From: Blastocladiella emersonii ATCC 22665
Lineage: Eukaryota > Fungi > Blastocladiomycota
Assembly (NCBI GenBank): GCA_025594325.1
Contig: JANHCV010000012.1
Location: 1,302,001-1,366,000 of the forward strand
Reading direction: 5' to 3'
Length of the DNA stretch: 64,000 bases
Part shown: positions 21,084-32,370 of the stretch, in pieces
How the letters are laid out: every line of letters starts with the position of its first letter
How positions within the stretch are numbered: the stretch's first letter is position 1
Notes under the pieces: generated by a model
The model's database searches: none
What the model was told of the DNA's origin: nothing
The model's input: only the letters and a program-made list of their open reading frames with translations
Translations under genes and position numbers: made by a program

Positions 21084-21634
21084 GGTCGGCGGTCGGGTGG
21101 GCGGCGGCGTTGGGCGTTGGGCGTTGGGGGGGAGGGTAGAGGGGGAGGGGGTTGGTGCGCGAAGGGAGAGGGGGCGCGGTCGAGGAGCGGCCGACCAGGA
21201 GAGGAACTTATAAAGTGAGCTTTAGATGCGTTGCAGGTTACAGGGCGTGGAGGCCAGACATGGGCAGCGGGGGAGAGCGGGCGGGCCGAGCGGTGGGCGC
21301 CGTAGCAAAAGCGCAAAATGAGCGGCGGGCGGCGCAAACGGCGAACGAGCGGCCGACGCCACCGCCTCGCCGATCGCCGCGCCCATTGGTCCGCATCACG
21401 TGAGCGCTGCGAGACGCGTCCTGCGACGCGTTCCGTGCGAGTGCGAGACAGTCCGGCGGGACCCTCGTTCTTGCTGCTCCAAGGGGTCGATGTCGATGTG
21501 CTGCTGCTGCTGCTGCGGGCTGTGGTTGGTGATGGACGCGCGTCGTGTCGGGTCGGGTCGGAGAGACGGGCGAGCGCGCGGGCGGGCGGGAGCGAGCGAG
21601 CGAGTAGTACCGGTAGTAGTCGAGGATCATGTTG

Positions 21635-21757
21635 AGGGAACGGGGGCACGTCGAGTGCATCGAGTCGAGGAACGCGAGAAACGCGAGGAACGGGAACACG
21701 TCGAGTCGAGTCAAGTCGGGTCGAGGAACGCGAGCACGTCGAGTCGAGGAACGCGAG
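21635..21757. repeat. Degenerate tandem repeat (CACGTCGAGTCGAGGAACGCGAG-like units, about 3 copies) upstream of the PAK gene
   Basis: Recurring gtcgagtcgaggaacgcgag units. Confidence 0.5.
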
Positions 21758-22563
21758 CGAGGCGGCCATCATCATCATCATTATCATCGAGACGCTCGAC
21801 TTGACTTGATCGGGATCGGGATCGCGTCGGTCGCGATTCGGACGCGGGCGGGCGCGCGGCGCGGCGCGGCAGTGAGGTGCGCTGCGCGTGCGCGAGCCGC
21901 GCGCCGCCCACGGGAGCGGAACTAGGCGAGGTGAGGCGGTGAGCACACTCTGCAACCACGGAGCACCACGAGCGAGGCCACGCGTACCCGTTGGTTGATG
22001 AGGTTGATGAGGAAGGAGAGGAGCGCGCGGATGCGGACTCGCGGCGCGCGGCGCGACAGTGAAGGAGCGATGAACGAGCCGCCGCCGCTGCCGGCCATGG
22101 AACAGGCTACGCGAGGTGAGGTGATGAGCACAGTGCACGGCTCAGAGAGTCAGCGTTTTAGAGGCCAACTTGTTCGCCAGCACGGCCATCGTGGGCGAGA
22201 CCATGACGGAGCGAGTACTCTTCGATGGAGTGCACTGCCGTTCCTTCTCTCCGCTCATGCTGGTCGACGTGTTCCCGTAGAACGGCTCGCACTTGCTCAG
22301 GGTCACACAATCCTCAAGCATCATCGCTTTGAACCTCCCTCCACCTTATAATGCCAGTGCAGGGGACACATCGCGCCGACGGGAAGTTTGCCCTGTCGTC
22401 TGGTATCGCGGCGTTTCCAGATCCAGTTGCTGATCAAGGTCGTCTGCCTGGTCGCGCAGGGCGAGGGCTGATAGCGATGCGCATCCGCGGGAATAAACGA
22501 ACCCTGTCCACCACGGACGGCCACGTATGGATGCGTTGGGCAGGTTTCCAACGTGAAGGAGCG

Positions 22564-22849
22564 AGACACGAGAGAGAGTTTGACCATAGCCATGGCCATG
22601 ACAGTGGGCCGCGGCCATCGTGCACGGACAATGTTGCACCGAATTGAATCGGCCAGGGATACACGCTCAAGTATAGCGTACCCTTGTAACTACGCTTTTC
22701 CGGAGTCGTTAGGAAAGATTTTAGGAGATTGAGAAGTGAGGTCTTGCAAAGGATGAGCGTCGCTGGTAGATTTGACGCGGTGCAGCATTGTCCGTGCACG
22801 ATGGCCGCGGCCCACGGCCATGGTCATGGTCAAACTCTCTCTCGTGTCT
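22564..22849. mobile_element. MITE-like fold-back element with about 80-87 bp terminal inverted repeats and a 4-bp flanking direct repeat (AGCG)
   Basis: 22564-22650 is the reverse complement of 22769-22849: the outer 24 nt are perfect, with one 6-nt indel and few substitutions. AGCG occurs at 22560-22563 and 22850-22853. Confidence 0.7.
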
Positions 22850-24150
22850 AGCGAAAGAGTACGCGGGGCGGAGCAAGCGTGCACCGACGCCTCCCCGCGA
22901 CCGCGCGACGCCCTGCCTCCGCCACCGTCCGTCCACGAGCGCAGGAGCGCTCAAGTGGACGTGGCAGCGAGCGGCGGCGGGCAGCGGCGGCGGGGGTGGC
23001 GTTGCGCAGTCGCGGTGGGGCTTGGGTGCACGGCGCGCGGGCAGGCGTGGGGGGCAGGGCGCACAGCGAGGAGGCGTACTGTTGCTGGCAGAGGATACGG
23101 CTGGGGAAGTCGCGCGCGGTGGCGGGCGGGGTTGACGGTGGCGGCGACGGTGGCGGTCGAGGCGCGGCGGATCGGGGCACCCGCGGCGGACGGGCGAGGC
23201 GAGGCGACGCGACACGGGGCACACAGCGACAGGGGGAGCTGCGCGGTTCGCGAGAGCCGTCTACGAGGGGGCGAGGAGAGGCTGCGGGCGTCGGCCGTTT
23301 TCTCTCGTGCTCGCAACGGTTGGCGGCGGCGGCGGGAGTGCGTCGCCGCAGCCGCCGTCCCGTGTCCTTTGCTGCCGCGGCGAGGAACGGCCGCCGCGCG
23401 GGACAAGGGCCGCCCCACTCGCGCGCTGTCGGTGCCAAAGTTTCATGCAGTGTGACGTCAAGAGTGTGAACAGGCAAGTCGGTGGCGCAGCGTTGGTGGA
23501 GCGGATGGCCGCGGCCGGCGCGCGGTGCGGGGCGGCCAAGTCGCGACTCGCAAGTCGGCGCGTGGCGCACCGCGCACGTGGCCAGCCACCCCGCTCTCGC
23601 GAGGCCCCGCTCATGTCAGCCCCCCGCTGATGCCTCAAAGATTTTACTTGAACCACCTAGACGCTTCGCGTCTGGTCTTCAATCGAGGACTTTAGCCCTC
23701 TGCCACGACGTGACGCGACGACCAACGTTCCCCGCCCCGTCCGCCCGCGCCGCGCGTAAAGCTGACTGGAAAGCTGACATCGACCCGCGCCTGAAATCGG
23801 CGAGAGTGGTACACGACGCGACGCCGCGCGTCAGATCTGAGTTGCGCGAGGCGAGTGTTCCTCGCGCACCTGGGCCCGTCGTTCGTCACGGCCACGTCGC
23901 CGTGGTTAAAGCTCCCGGGCGCTGCGGCCTCCGCGACTCGTAATGGGCGCACGCCTGCGGTGCTCAATGTTGCTGCTTGGAGTAACGATGGCGAGACGGT
24001 CCAGCACGGCTTGGGCAGCACACAAACATGGAGAGGGCGAGCATTGAGAGACGCGAGGGTTGACCAAAAATGATGTTTATGGACACAAATCGCCAAGAGG
24101 TGCGAGGAGCAGGGCGGAATTTTCTATACACACGAAGCACGAATTGCCGC

Positions 24151-26038
24151 TTACGCGGGCTGCTTGATGTCCTCGAGCGCGTGCGGGTCAGCGGCGCCCG
24201 CCGGCGGGGGCGCGCCGGTGCGGACGCGCGAGTTCTTGTAGCCGTACAGGCCGTAGATGAGGAGACCGATCGCCATCCAGATGATGACACGGAGGATGAT
24301 GATCCAGCCACTCGTGACGAGGAGGAAGAGACACGTTGCTGCTCCAAGGAGCGGGACGAGGTAACCGCCGGGAATGCGGAAGGGGCGGTGCAGATCAGGG
24401 CGGGTGTAGCGGAGGACGCCGGTCGCAACCGAGGTCATGAAGAACGCGGCCAGCGTGCCAGCGGCTGAAAATTTTTTAAATGAGAAGTATCGGGGTAGGA
24501 GTGAGATGGGAGTGAGGTGGGGGAGGGGTGGGAGCGAGGTGAAGTGTCAGTGATCGGGCAAGTTCGGAGTGACGTCATGTGGCGCAACACGTACAAGTCA
24601 CATCGCCGAGGACGTCGAGAGGGACGAAGCCGGACGAGAGCGCGACGATGGTGCCGGTGAGGAGGGTGGGGAAGATGGGGGTCTTGAACTTGGGGTGGAT
24701 GCGGGCGAAGATCGGGGGCAGGAGGCCGTCGTACGCCATCGAGTAGAAGACACGGGTCTCTGTAGGAGATGGTAGGTCGTTAGCCGAGTCCTCGAAATCG
24801 TCCAAAAGAGAGCAAAGAGACGTACGGCCGAGCATGCTGATGAGGATGACCGAGCTGAGGCCAGCGACGGCGCCGATGCTGATCGCGACCTTGAGCCACT
24901 TCATGCCGAGCTCGGCGACGACGTTGGAGAGCGGCGCGCTCGCCGGAATGTTCCGGAAGTTGACGATACCCGTAATGTTCATGGAGACGAGGATGTAGAG
25001 AACCGTGCAGACGGCCAGGGACCCGAGGACGCCGATGGGGACGTCGCGGGACGGGTTCTTGGTCTCGTTGGCGCAGGTCGAGACGGCGTCGAAGCCAATG
25101 TAGGCGAAGAACACCTGGGTCGCGGCCGTGAGCACACCGCTGAAGCCGTACTTGCCGTTGGGCTCGGCAGGGGGGATGAAGGGCTTCCAGTTGTCGGCGT
25201 TGATGTAGCCGAAGGTGGCGAACAGGAACAGGAGGACGGTGGCGACCTTGATGACGACGAGGGTGTGGTTGACGATGGCCGACTGACGGATACCAATCGA
25301 GAGGATGATGGTGCAGAAGATGGAGATGGCGATGGCGGGGAGGTTGACGACACCGCACGTCGCGCACCCGGCACCCGAAATGACGGCGCCCGTGTCCTCG
25401 TCAATCTGCCACGGGGCGGCGGTCCATGTGGTGCTGAACTTTTCGGTGCCGGTGATGACGGCGAGCAGCGACAGCAGGTAGGCACTCCATCCGACGGCCA
25501 CGGTGGCGGCGCCGACGAGGTACTCGAGCATGAGGTCCCACCCAACCAGGAACGCTAGATTGAAGGGAACGAAGGCATGGAGTCAGAGATCATGCCTGGA
25601 GTGGTAGGGAGCGGGGCGAAGGTCGCGAGTAGAGCCGAAACGAACCAAAGACCTCGCCGACAGCGGCGTAGGCGTACATGTACGCGGAACCAGACGAGGG
25701 GACAATGGACGAGAGCTCCGAGTAGCAGAGACCGGCAAATGCACAGGCGATACCCGAGATGACGAAAGAGAGGATAATGCCGGGGCCAGCGAAGTTGCGG
25801 GCGGCGCGACCCGTGATGACGAAGATGCCGGCGCCGATGATCTCGCCGATACCGAGCAGCATGAGGTCGAGGCCGGTCAGACTGCGGCGCAGGCCGGTCT
25901 TGGCGGCGTCGGCCTGGATGTCCTCGACACTCTGGAGAAGGGAAGGGCGAGAAGAGGGAGTCAGCCGCGAGGTCCGTGGCCGCCGACCGACCGTGCCGCC
26001 GAGAAACGCACCTTGCGGACAAAGAGATTTGCGACCAT
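24151..26038 (-). CDS. APC-superfamily amino acid permease (CAT/YfnA-like), multi-exon
   Basis: LRRSLTGLDLMLLGIGEIIGAGIFVITG, CYSELSSIVPSSGSAYMY, VFFAYIGFDAVSTCANETKNP and RVFYSMAYDGLLP, ending in IWMAIGLLIYGLYGY. Exon 1 is MVANLFVRK followed by a GTGCGT donor. Confidence 0.9.
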
Positions 26039-27574
26039 GGTGGATACGTGTACGTGAGGGCTAGTCTCGGGTAGAGAGAGCCGATGGGTACAGGGAAGCG
26101 GGCGGAGAGGAGGGACGGGGGGAGCGCGCGGTACTTATGGCCGTCGCCGCGGCGGGGCTTCCATCGAAGAGGGACGGCTCCCGACCGCGGTGGTCGCGCG
26201 GACGCCACGCTGAGAGCCGGTGCGGTCGGCGGCGACGAGGAACCGCTTGCTCATGTGGTTCCGTGTGGCGACGCGCGCGGCGGCGTCGGTGGCCACGCGA
26301 CCGGCCTAGATCATTGAACGGGAATCGGAAGCGAGATGAGGAGTGCGCGCGTGGGCCGGCTTGCGCATTTCCCCTCAGCGGGCGGGGCAAGCGCGGCGCG
26401 CCGTGGCCGCGTGGGGACGCGCGGCCGAATGATAGCGCGGGGACGTGTGACCGCGCGCGCGAGATGAGGAGTGCACGCGCGTCGTGTGGCGCACACTCAA
26501 GACGGGGTCATGCGTCCCTGCGGCGCCACGGGCGACGCCACCGCTTGGGCTTGCTGCACGCTTGGCCACCGTGATCCCGCGCGCTGATCTCACCGAATTT
26601 CCCCGTTTTCAAGTCGCTTCGGCGCGCTGCCAAGTCACGCGCGCCTTTTCGGTCGCCCGCTGGCGCCACGGTCGGCCAATCATCGGCCCACCTCCCCCAC
26701 ATTCTGGCTGAATGAGATCCGCTCTCACCGCGTGGGCCGCATCACACGACCGCCGCGGGGAGCGACCAGCAGCTCGGCGCGCGCTGATTTTTCTTGCGCG
26801 GGGCCGCCCACCCGCTGCACCTTCCGGATCTGCGACTTGGCCTCGCGCGCGTGTCGTTTCAGGCCTCGGACTCGCACGCGCGCGCGCTGCTTGATCCCTG
26901 AACGAGGGCCGAGGGCCGAGGGCGTTGCCGACTCACCCGCTCCAACCATCTGTCCTCGTGTCGCTTCTCTCGGGGCGACGCCGCGCTCGAGAACTCGGAC
27001 AAGGGTCACAGACCCGAGCGAGGCGACAGCGAGAAGCTCCTCGGACTGCGCTCGCGGGTCCCACACCGAGCTCCGCGCTTCGACGAGGGTTCTCCGAGGC
27101 TTCGGCGCCGTCCATGTCCGCACGGCAGCAACAAGGGCGGCGACCATCGCCCACAGCGCGATCACACGGGAATCAGCTAATCTTGCGTCGCCATATGGGC
27201 CACTCTCGAGCACGTCAGCAACTTCTCGAGCGAGCCGAGCCAACGATGGACGTTTCCAGTTCGGTGAAATGAGGGCGGGCCCGTACGATTAACCTGCAAA
27301 AGTGTCTCCGCCAGCGTCTCGCGGCCCTCGAGCTCGCGTCCGTCGCGTCGACGCGTGGCGGTGGCTGAGCCACGTGACGCTCGGCTCCCCTCCGCTTTCT
27401 CGAGTTTTCCCGTTCGCTCGCTTCCCGCTCACCCACAACTACCTCATGAATCACTGTCGCCAGGCGCGGCCAACTCGCTGCATCCGCACGAGCCTGACGT
27501 CTCGACCACCTTTGCCGCAACCGTGAGCTGCCCCGCGCGCAGCCACCGCCGCCGCCCCGGCCTTGGCTCCGTCC

Positions 27575-30459
27575 ATGACGACCATCTACATCTCAGACTC
27601 GGACGATGAGGCCAAACGCTTCCCGCCACCTTCTCGTACCCATGCGCCCGCACTGCCGACGACGCAGGTCGTGACGCTCTCGGACGACGACGACGACGAA
27701 ACCGAGTTGACCCCGCGTCCGCGTCGTCCGACCTCGGCTGCGTCACACGTCGTTCCAAAGCAGAGCGCTTCCCAACGACTCGCCGAGGACCTGCACGCGC
27801 TCCCCGACCTCATGTCGATGCTACCCGACGCGCGCGACCGACGCACCACGACGAAGCGCACCGCGTCGACCGTTCTGGGTTACAGCGACGTGCTTCTCTA
27901 CACTCCGCCACCGAAACCGGCGAAGCGTAAGCGCAAGTCCAAAAGGTCGACGGACGATGCCGCGCGTTCGTCGCCAGCAGTGGGCTCAACGGGTATGCGC
28001 GCACGTTCCTCGCTCATCATCCCGAGACGCTAAGCTCGAACCCATTCCCGCGTCTAGCTCGTCCGCCTGCCCCCATCATCATCCCCTCGTCGAGCCCCGT
28101 GGGGCTCTCCCCTTCGCCGCCGCAGAGTCCGCTCGGCGGGCCTTCGACTGGGCCGCGGCTTCTCGATGGCTTCGCCGCCGCCGACTACACGGAGCTTGAC
28201 CACATGGCCGTCGATACCTCGGGCTTCTCGCTGCTCGAGCAGTCCATTCTCATGTCGACGGCACCATCGACCAGTGGCGGCGCTGCTTCTTCATCCGCAT
28301 CCCGGTTTGCGGCGGAGCGGTCGCACCAGACGATCCCGACGCCACCGCTCTCGGCTTCTTCTTCATCGGCCGCTGCCACTACGCGTCGCGATCTTGCTCC
28401 AGAAGCAGCAGCACGGCGCGACCGCACCGCCGTGCGTGACGACGCCTTCTACGTCGACTCGGACGACGACGTGCCGCTCTCCTCCTCGTCCTTGTCATCT
28501 TCATCCTCCTCCTCCACCTCGCGCACCCTGCGGCCCGACAGCTCGCAGCAGTTTCCCGAACCCGCGCCGACCTCTTACCTCGAGTCCAACTACGTGCCGT
28601 GCGCCAACTGCAAACAGCGCGTCCGCCGCCTCGGCCTGCAGCTGCACCTCGCCAAGTGCAAGCCCAAGAAGAAGCCCGGCGCCGCCACCAAGCCGTCGGG
28701 CGGCCCGCAGCTCAGCCTGCGCGAGACGATTGCGCGCAACGAGGCTGCCGCGGCTGCGGCCGCCGCCGCGTCCGAGGGCGGGGCCCGGCTCCAGAAGGTC
28801 CCGCTCCAGTTCACCAACGCGCCCGTCCCCGTGCAGCAGTTTGGCGCACCGGCTCCGGTGCGGCGTACCGTGTCGCCCGCCGCGCCGACCTTCGTCCAGC
28901 AGCAGCAGCAGCACGCGCGGTGGGTCGCGTCGGGCGCGTGGCCGGCGCCTGATGACGACGACGACGTCGTCGAGGACTCGCAGCTCCCGCCGCCGTTCTC
29001 GCCGCCGCGCGCGCCCTCGCCACCACCACCACCGCCGCCGGCGCGGCTGTCGCCCGAGCGCGAGCCGTCGCCGGTACACATCGATGTGGATGTCGACGTC
29101 GACTTCCAGCTGCCGTCCGACTGCGACCTTGAGGCCATGATTCGCGAGGACCAGGAGGCCCGTTTGATCCTGACCCAACAACAACAGCAACAGCAGCAGC
29201 AGCAGCAGCAGCAGCAACCGCAGCAACGACAAGCCGAGCAGTTTGAGGAGTGGGAGCAGTACGCCCCGTCGCCATCGCCGCCCGCGTTCGTTGCGCCCGT
29301 ACCGCAGCCTCCTCCTCCACGGCCCGCGCAGCCGCATCATCACCAGCGACACCAGCAGCAACAGTTCTTCCCTCAGCAGCAGCAGCAGCACCAGCACCAG
29401 CGCCAGCACCCACCACCGGGCTTCGCATCGGCGGCTCCGATCCGCCCGCCGCAGCCCGGGTTCGCGTCGGCTGCGCCCGTGGCTCCCGCTCGTCCGCCAC
29501 CTGTTGTGCACCAACCGCCGCCGCCGCGACCGCCGCCAGTTCCGCCAGTCCAGCAGCACCACCAACAGCGCACAACGCCACCGATCGCGGCGCGCGAGCC
29601 CGTCACCCTGCGTCCGCCCGCGCTCCAGCACCGCGAGACGCCGCCCGTGCTCCAGCACCGCGAGACCCCGCCGGTTCCCGCGCCGCGCACGACGCCGCCC
29701 CTCGTCCCGCCGCGCGAGCCCGTCCCCGCGCGCCCACCGCCTCCGCACGCGCTTCGGCCTCCCGCGATCCAGCAGTTCCGCGCGCCAGCACCGCCGCCGC
29801 CGCCGCCGCCGCCGCTCCCGCTGCCCGTCGAGACGCCCGACGAGATCGACTTCGACATGGACTCGTCGTACACGCAGGCGGTGGGGTTCCGGCGGTCCGA
29901 GTCGCCTGCGGTGCACGCGCGCGGTGGGCCGCCCGCACCGCTTCCTCGATCAACGGAACCCGCTGTCGAGTGGCCGCAGCGCGCACCGCAGCAGCAGCAG
30001 CAGCAGCGGTCGATGGAGCCCGTGGTCGAGTGGCCGCAGCAGCGCGCACCGCCACCACGGGCGCCGACCCCGCCCGCGCCCGCCGTCAAAGTCAAGTCCG
30101 AAATACCCGCCGTGCGCCGCGGGCTCCCGCCGTCAGCGACGGGCGAGCTGCGGATGCCCAGCGGGTTCCGCGGACTCAGCCGCGACAAGGCGGCCATGAT
30201 CAAGAGCATGTTTGGAGACCGCGAGGACCAGTCGGGGCTCAACGCGCCAGCGCCGCCGCTCGTGCCGGCGGTCCGTGACCAGGCGGGCGGGTTCGGGGCG
30301 GGACCGGGTCTTGGGCGCGGTGGCGGCGCGGTGGGTCGCGGCGGGGCTGTTGCGGGGCGTGGCCGCGGAGGAGGGAGGCGGACTCCGGACGGCGGCGCTC
30401 AGCAGCAGGGACCGATGCCGGGGTTCAGGCAGTGGCGGGGCGCGGGCCGGCGAGGGTGA
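27575..30459 (+). CDS. Largely disordered Pro/Gln-rich protein with SIM-like motifs, a C2HC (UBZ4-like) finger and C-terminal RGG repeats; intron 27993-28057
   Basis: Exon 1 (MTTIYISDSDDE...) splices in frame to ORF 28099-30459. Motifs: CANCKQRVRRLGLQLHLAKC, polyQ, GRGG repeats. Confidence 0.7.
29176..29217 (+). repeat. CAA/CAG microsatellite encoding Q14
   Basis: caacaacaacagcaacagcagcagcagcagcagcagcagcaa. Confidence 0.85.
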
Positions 30460-30627
30460 CGGATAGCAGGATACAGAGTTATATAAATTATTTTCCGAGT
30501 TAAAAGTAAGCAAGCGATTCCTAGTTGATGACGGCGAGGGGAAGCGGCACGCTACATCGTGCCGCACCCGTATAGGTATAGTCGTGCGGGCGCGCCGAGT
30601 GGGGCCCTCCAGCGGAGCCCCCGTCGC

Positions 30628-32370
30628 TCACACGCCCTTGACGCGGCACACGAGCTCGTGCCAGAGCAGCATGCGGTCGAGCTGGGCGCCGCCGAGCATG
30701 CCGCTGTTCTCCTGGGCGCGGCGCAGGAGGTACGGGATCACCTCGTGCACGGGCCCGTACGGCAGGTACTTGAAGATCTTGAACCCCTGCGCGGCGAGCG
30801 CGTAGCCCGTCAGGTCGTGCATGCCCTTGAGCTGGCCGAAGAGCACACGGCCGGCGTCGGCCGGCAGCCCGAGGGCGCGCATCCGGTCGAGCGTGCGGAC
30901 CACCGAGTCGCGGTTGTGGCTCGCGACCATGAACGTCGCGCCGACGGCCGTCTCGCGGAGGACCGACTGGCGGTGGATCCGGGTGAGGACCGCGTCGACG
31001 CCCGCGTTGTACGAGGCGTGCGTCGCCTCGAGCGTGTCGTTGATGGGCGACGCGTACCCCTCGTCGGCGGCCTTGGCGCGCTCCGAGACCATGTACGCGC
31101 CGCGCACGAGTTTGGCGGCAAAATGCCAGCCCTGGCGCTCGGACATGGCGACGTCGCGCTGCAGCTTGGGCAGACCGGCCTTGAGGTACATCTGGTACGT
31201 GTTGTACACGACGGGCGCCCCGCCGTTGGCGCCGTTGAACTCGCGGCCCATGGCGAGCGCGACCGCGTCGATCGCGTCCTGGAAGTACGTCTGCTCGGCG
31301 TCGACCATGAGCCCGACGCCCAGCCGCTTGGCCTGGTCGCACAGCGCGCGCAGGCGCGTCACGAGGTGCGCGAACGACGTCACGTCGTCGGCGGCGACGC
31401 CGAGCGCGGCGATCCACCGCGGGCTCGGGTCCGAGGTCAGCGCGGCCACGAGGTCAGCGGCGTGCACGCGGCCGTCGCGGTCCGCATCCATGGCGTCGAA
31501 CAGCGCCGCGGCGTCGGCCGACGGGTACGCCGCGGTCCACGCGGCCTTGGTCAGGCCCTTGGTCGCCTCGCCCGACTCGAGCAGGCGGTGGGTGCGCGCG
31601 ATCGCGCCCGATACGGCGAGCAGGACGGGCGTCGGGCCGAGCGCCGTCACCTTGAGCGCGATGCACGATCCGGGCTCGCGCGCGGCCGCGTCGATGGACG
31701 CGACGAACAGGTCGCGGGCGTGGTCGGCCTCGAGCTCGTCCTTGGCGCGGACGGCCGCGGGGTCGGCGTCGGCGTTGGTCGTCTCGCCGATATCCGACTC
31801 GATGGAGATATCGAGGATCGACCCGATCCCCGCGGCCTTGAGCTCGGCCATCACCGCCGCCAGCTCGTCGAGGTCCTCGCCGCCGCAGAAGTGGGCAAAG
31901 AACGAGTGCTTGATGATCCAGTGCGCGAGCGGCGCGAGCCCGAGGCTCTCGGCCGTCGCCAGCAGCTTGGGCGCCGCGTCGACCAGCCACTTCCACCCGC
32001 ACGCCTGGTACACGGCGAGCGACGTGATCACGGACGCCGTCGACCGCGCCGCGAAGGGCGCGCGCAAGTCCACGTCCGCGTACAGGGAGCCCGACGGGAG
32101 CGACGCCCGCGCAGCACGCGCGAGGTCCGCCGGGTCCGCGAGCGCGAGCTGCACGCCCAGGTACACGCCGCCGGCGACGGTCGCGCCGGCTACGCCGAGG
32201 CCCACGGCGCGCACGGCGCGGCACAGCGGCGAGTGTGCGGGCTTAGCGGAGGCGCCCGCGGCGGCGGTGGCGAAGCCGCGAGCGGCAGCGGGAGCACGGA
32301 GCAGGGTAGCGGCCGTGGCCTGAGGTGGACGGGCGTAGGCCGCGCGGGCGAGCATGTGCGAGCGGTACAT
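30628..32370 (-). CDS. PUT1: Mitochondrial proline dehydrogenase with an EF-hand insert; intronless
   Basis: FFAHFCGGE, LMVDAEQTYFQ, YNTYQMYLK, AKLVRGAYM, VASHN, FGQLKGM and KYLPYGPVHEVIPYLLRRAQEN. The N-terminus is Arg/Ala-rich and presequence-like (start at 32370 or 32355). Confidence 0.94.
   Translation of the reverse strand: MYRSHMLARAAYARPPQATAATLLRAPAAARGFATAAAGASAKPAHSPLCRAVRAVGLGVAGATVAGGVYLGVQLALADPADLARAARASLPSGSLYADVDLRAPFAARSTASVITSLAVYQACGWKWLVDAAPKLLATAESLGLAPLAHWIIKHSFFAHFCGGEDLDELAAVMAELKAAGIGSILDISIESDIGETTNADADPAAVRAKDELEADHARDLFVASIDAAAREPGSCIALKVTALGPTPVLLAVSGAIARTHRLLESGEATKGLTKAAWTAAYPSADAAALFDAMDADRDGRVHAADLVAALTSDPSPRWIAALGVAADDVTSFAHLVTRLRALCDQAKRLGVGLMVDAEQTYFQDAIDAVALAMGREFNGANGGAPVVYNTYQMYLKAGLPKLQRDVAMSERQGWHFAAKLVRGAYMVSERAKAADEGYASPINDTLEATHASYNAGVDAVLTRIHRQSVLRETAVGATFMVASHNRDSVVRTLDRMRALGLPADAGRVLFGQLKGMHDLTGYALAAQGFKIFKYLPYGPVHEVIPYLLRRAQENSGMLGGAQLDRMLLWHELVCRVKGV

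Noticed and set aside
21084-22138. Long N-terminal extension of the PAK ORF to 22138
   Set aside because: Low-complexity and not PAK-like. The PH domain starts at the ATG at 21083 in a different frame and is joined by an intron.
22650-22770. Spacer of the fold-back translating to LLNLLKSFLTT (faint LINE RT resemblance)
   Set aside because: Too short to support, and no other RT motifs are present.
26725-27243. 172-aa minus-strand ORF between the permease and the disordered-protein gene
   Set aside because: No motif, no clear splice structure, and length compatible with chance at this GC content.
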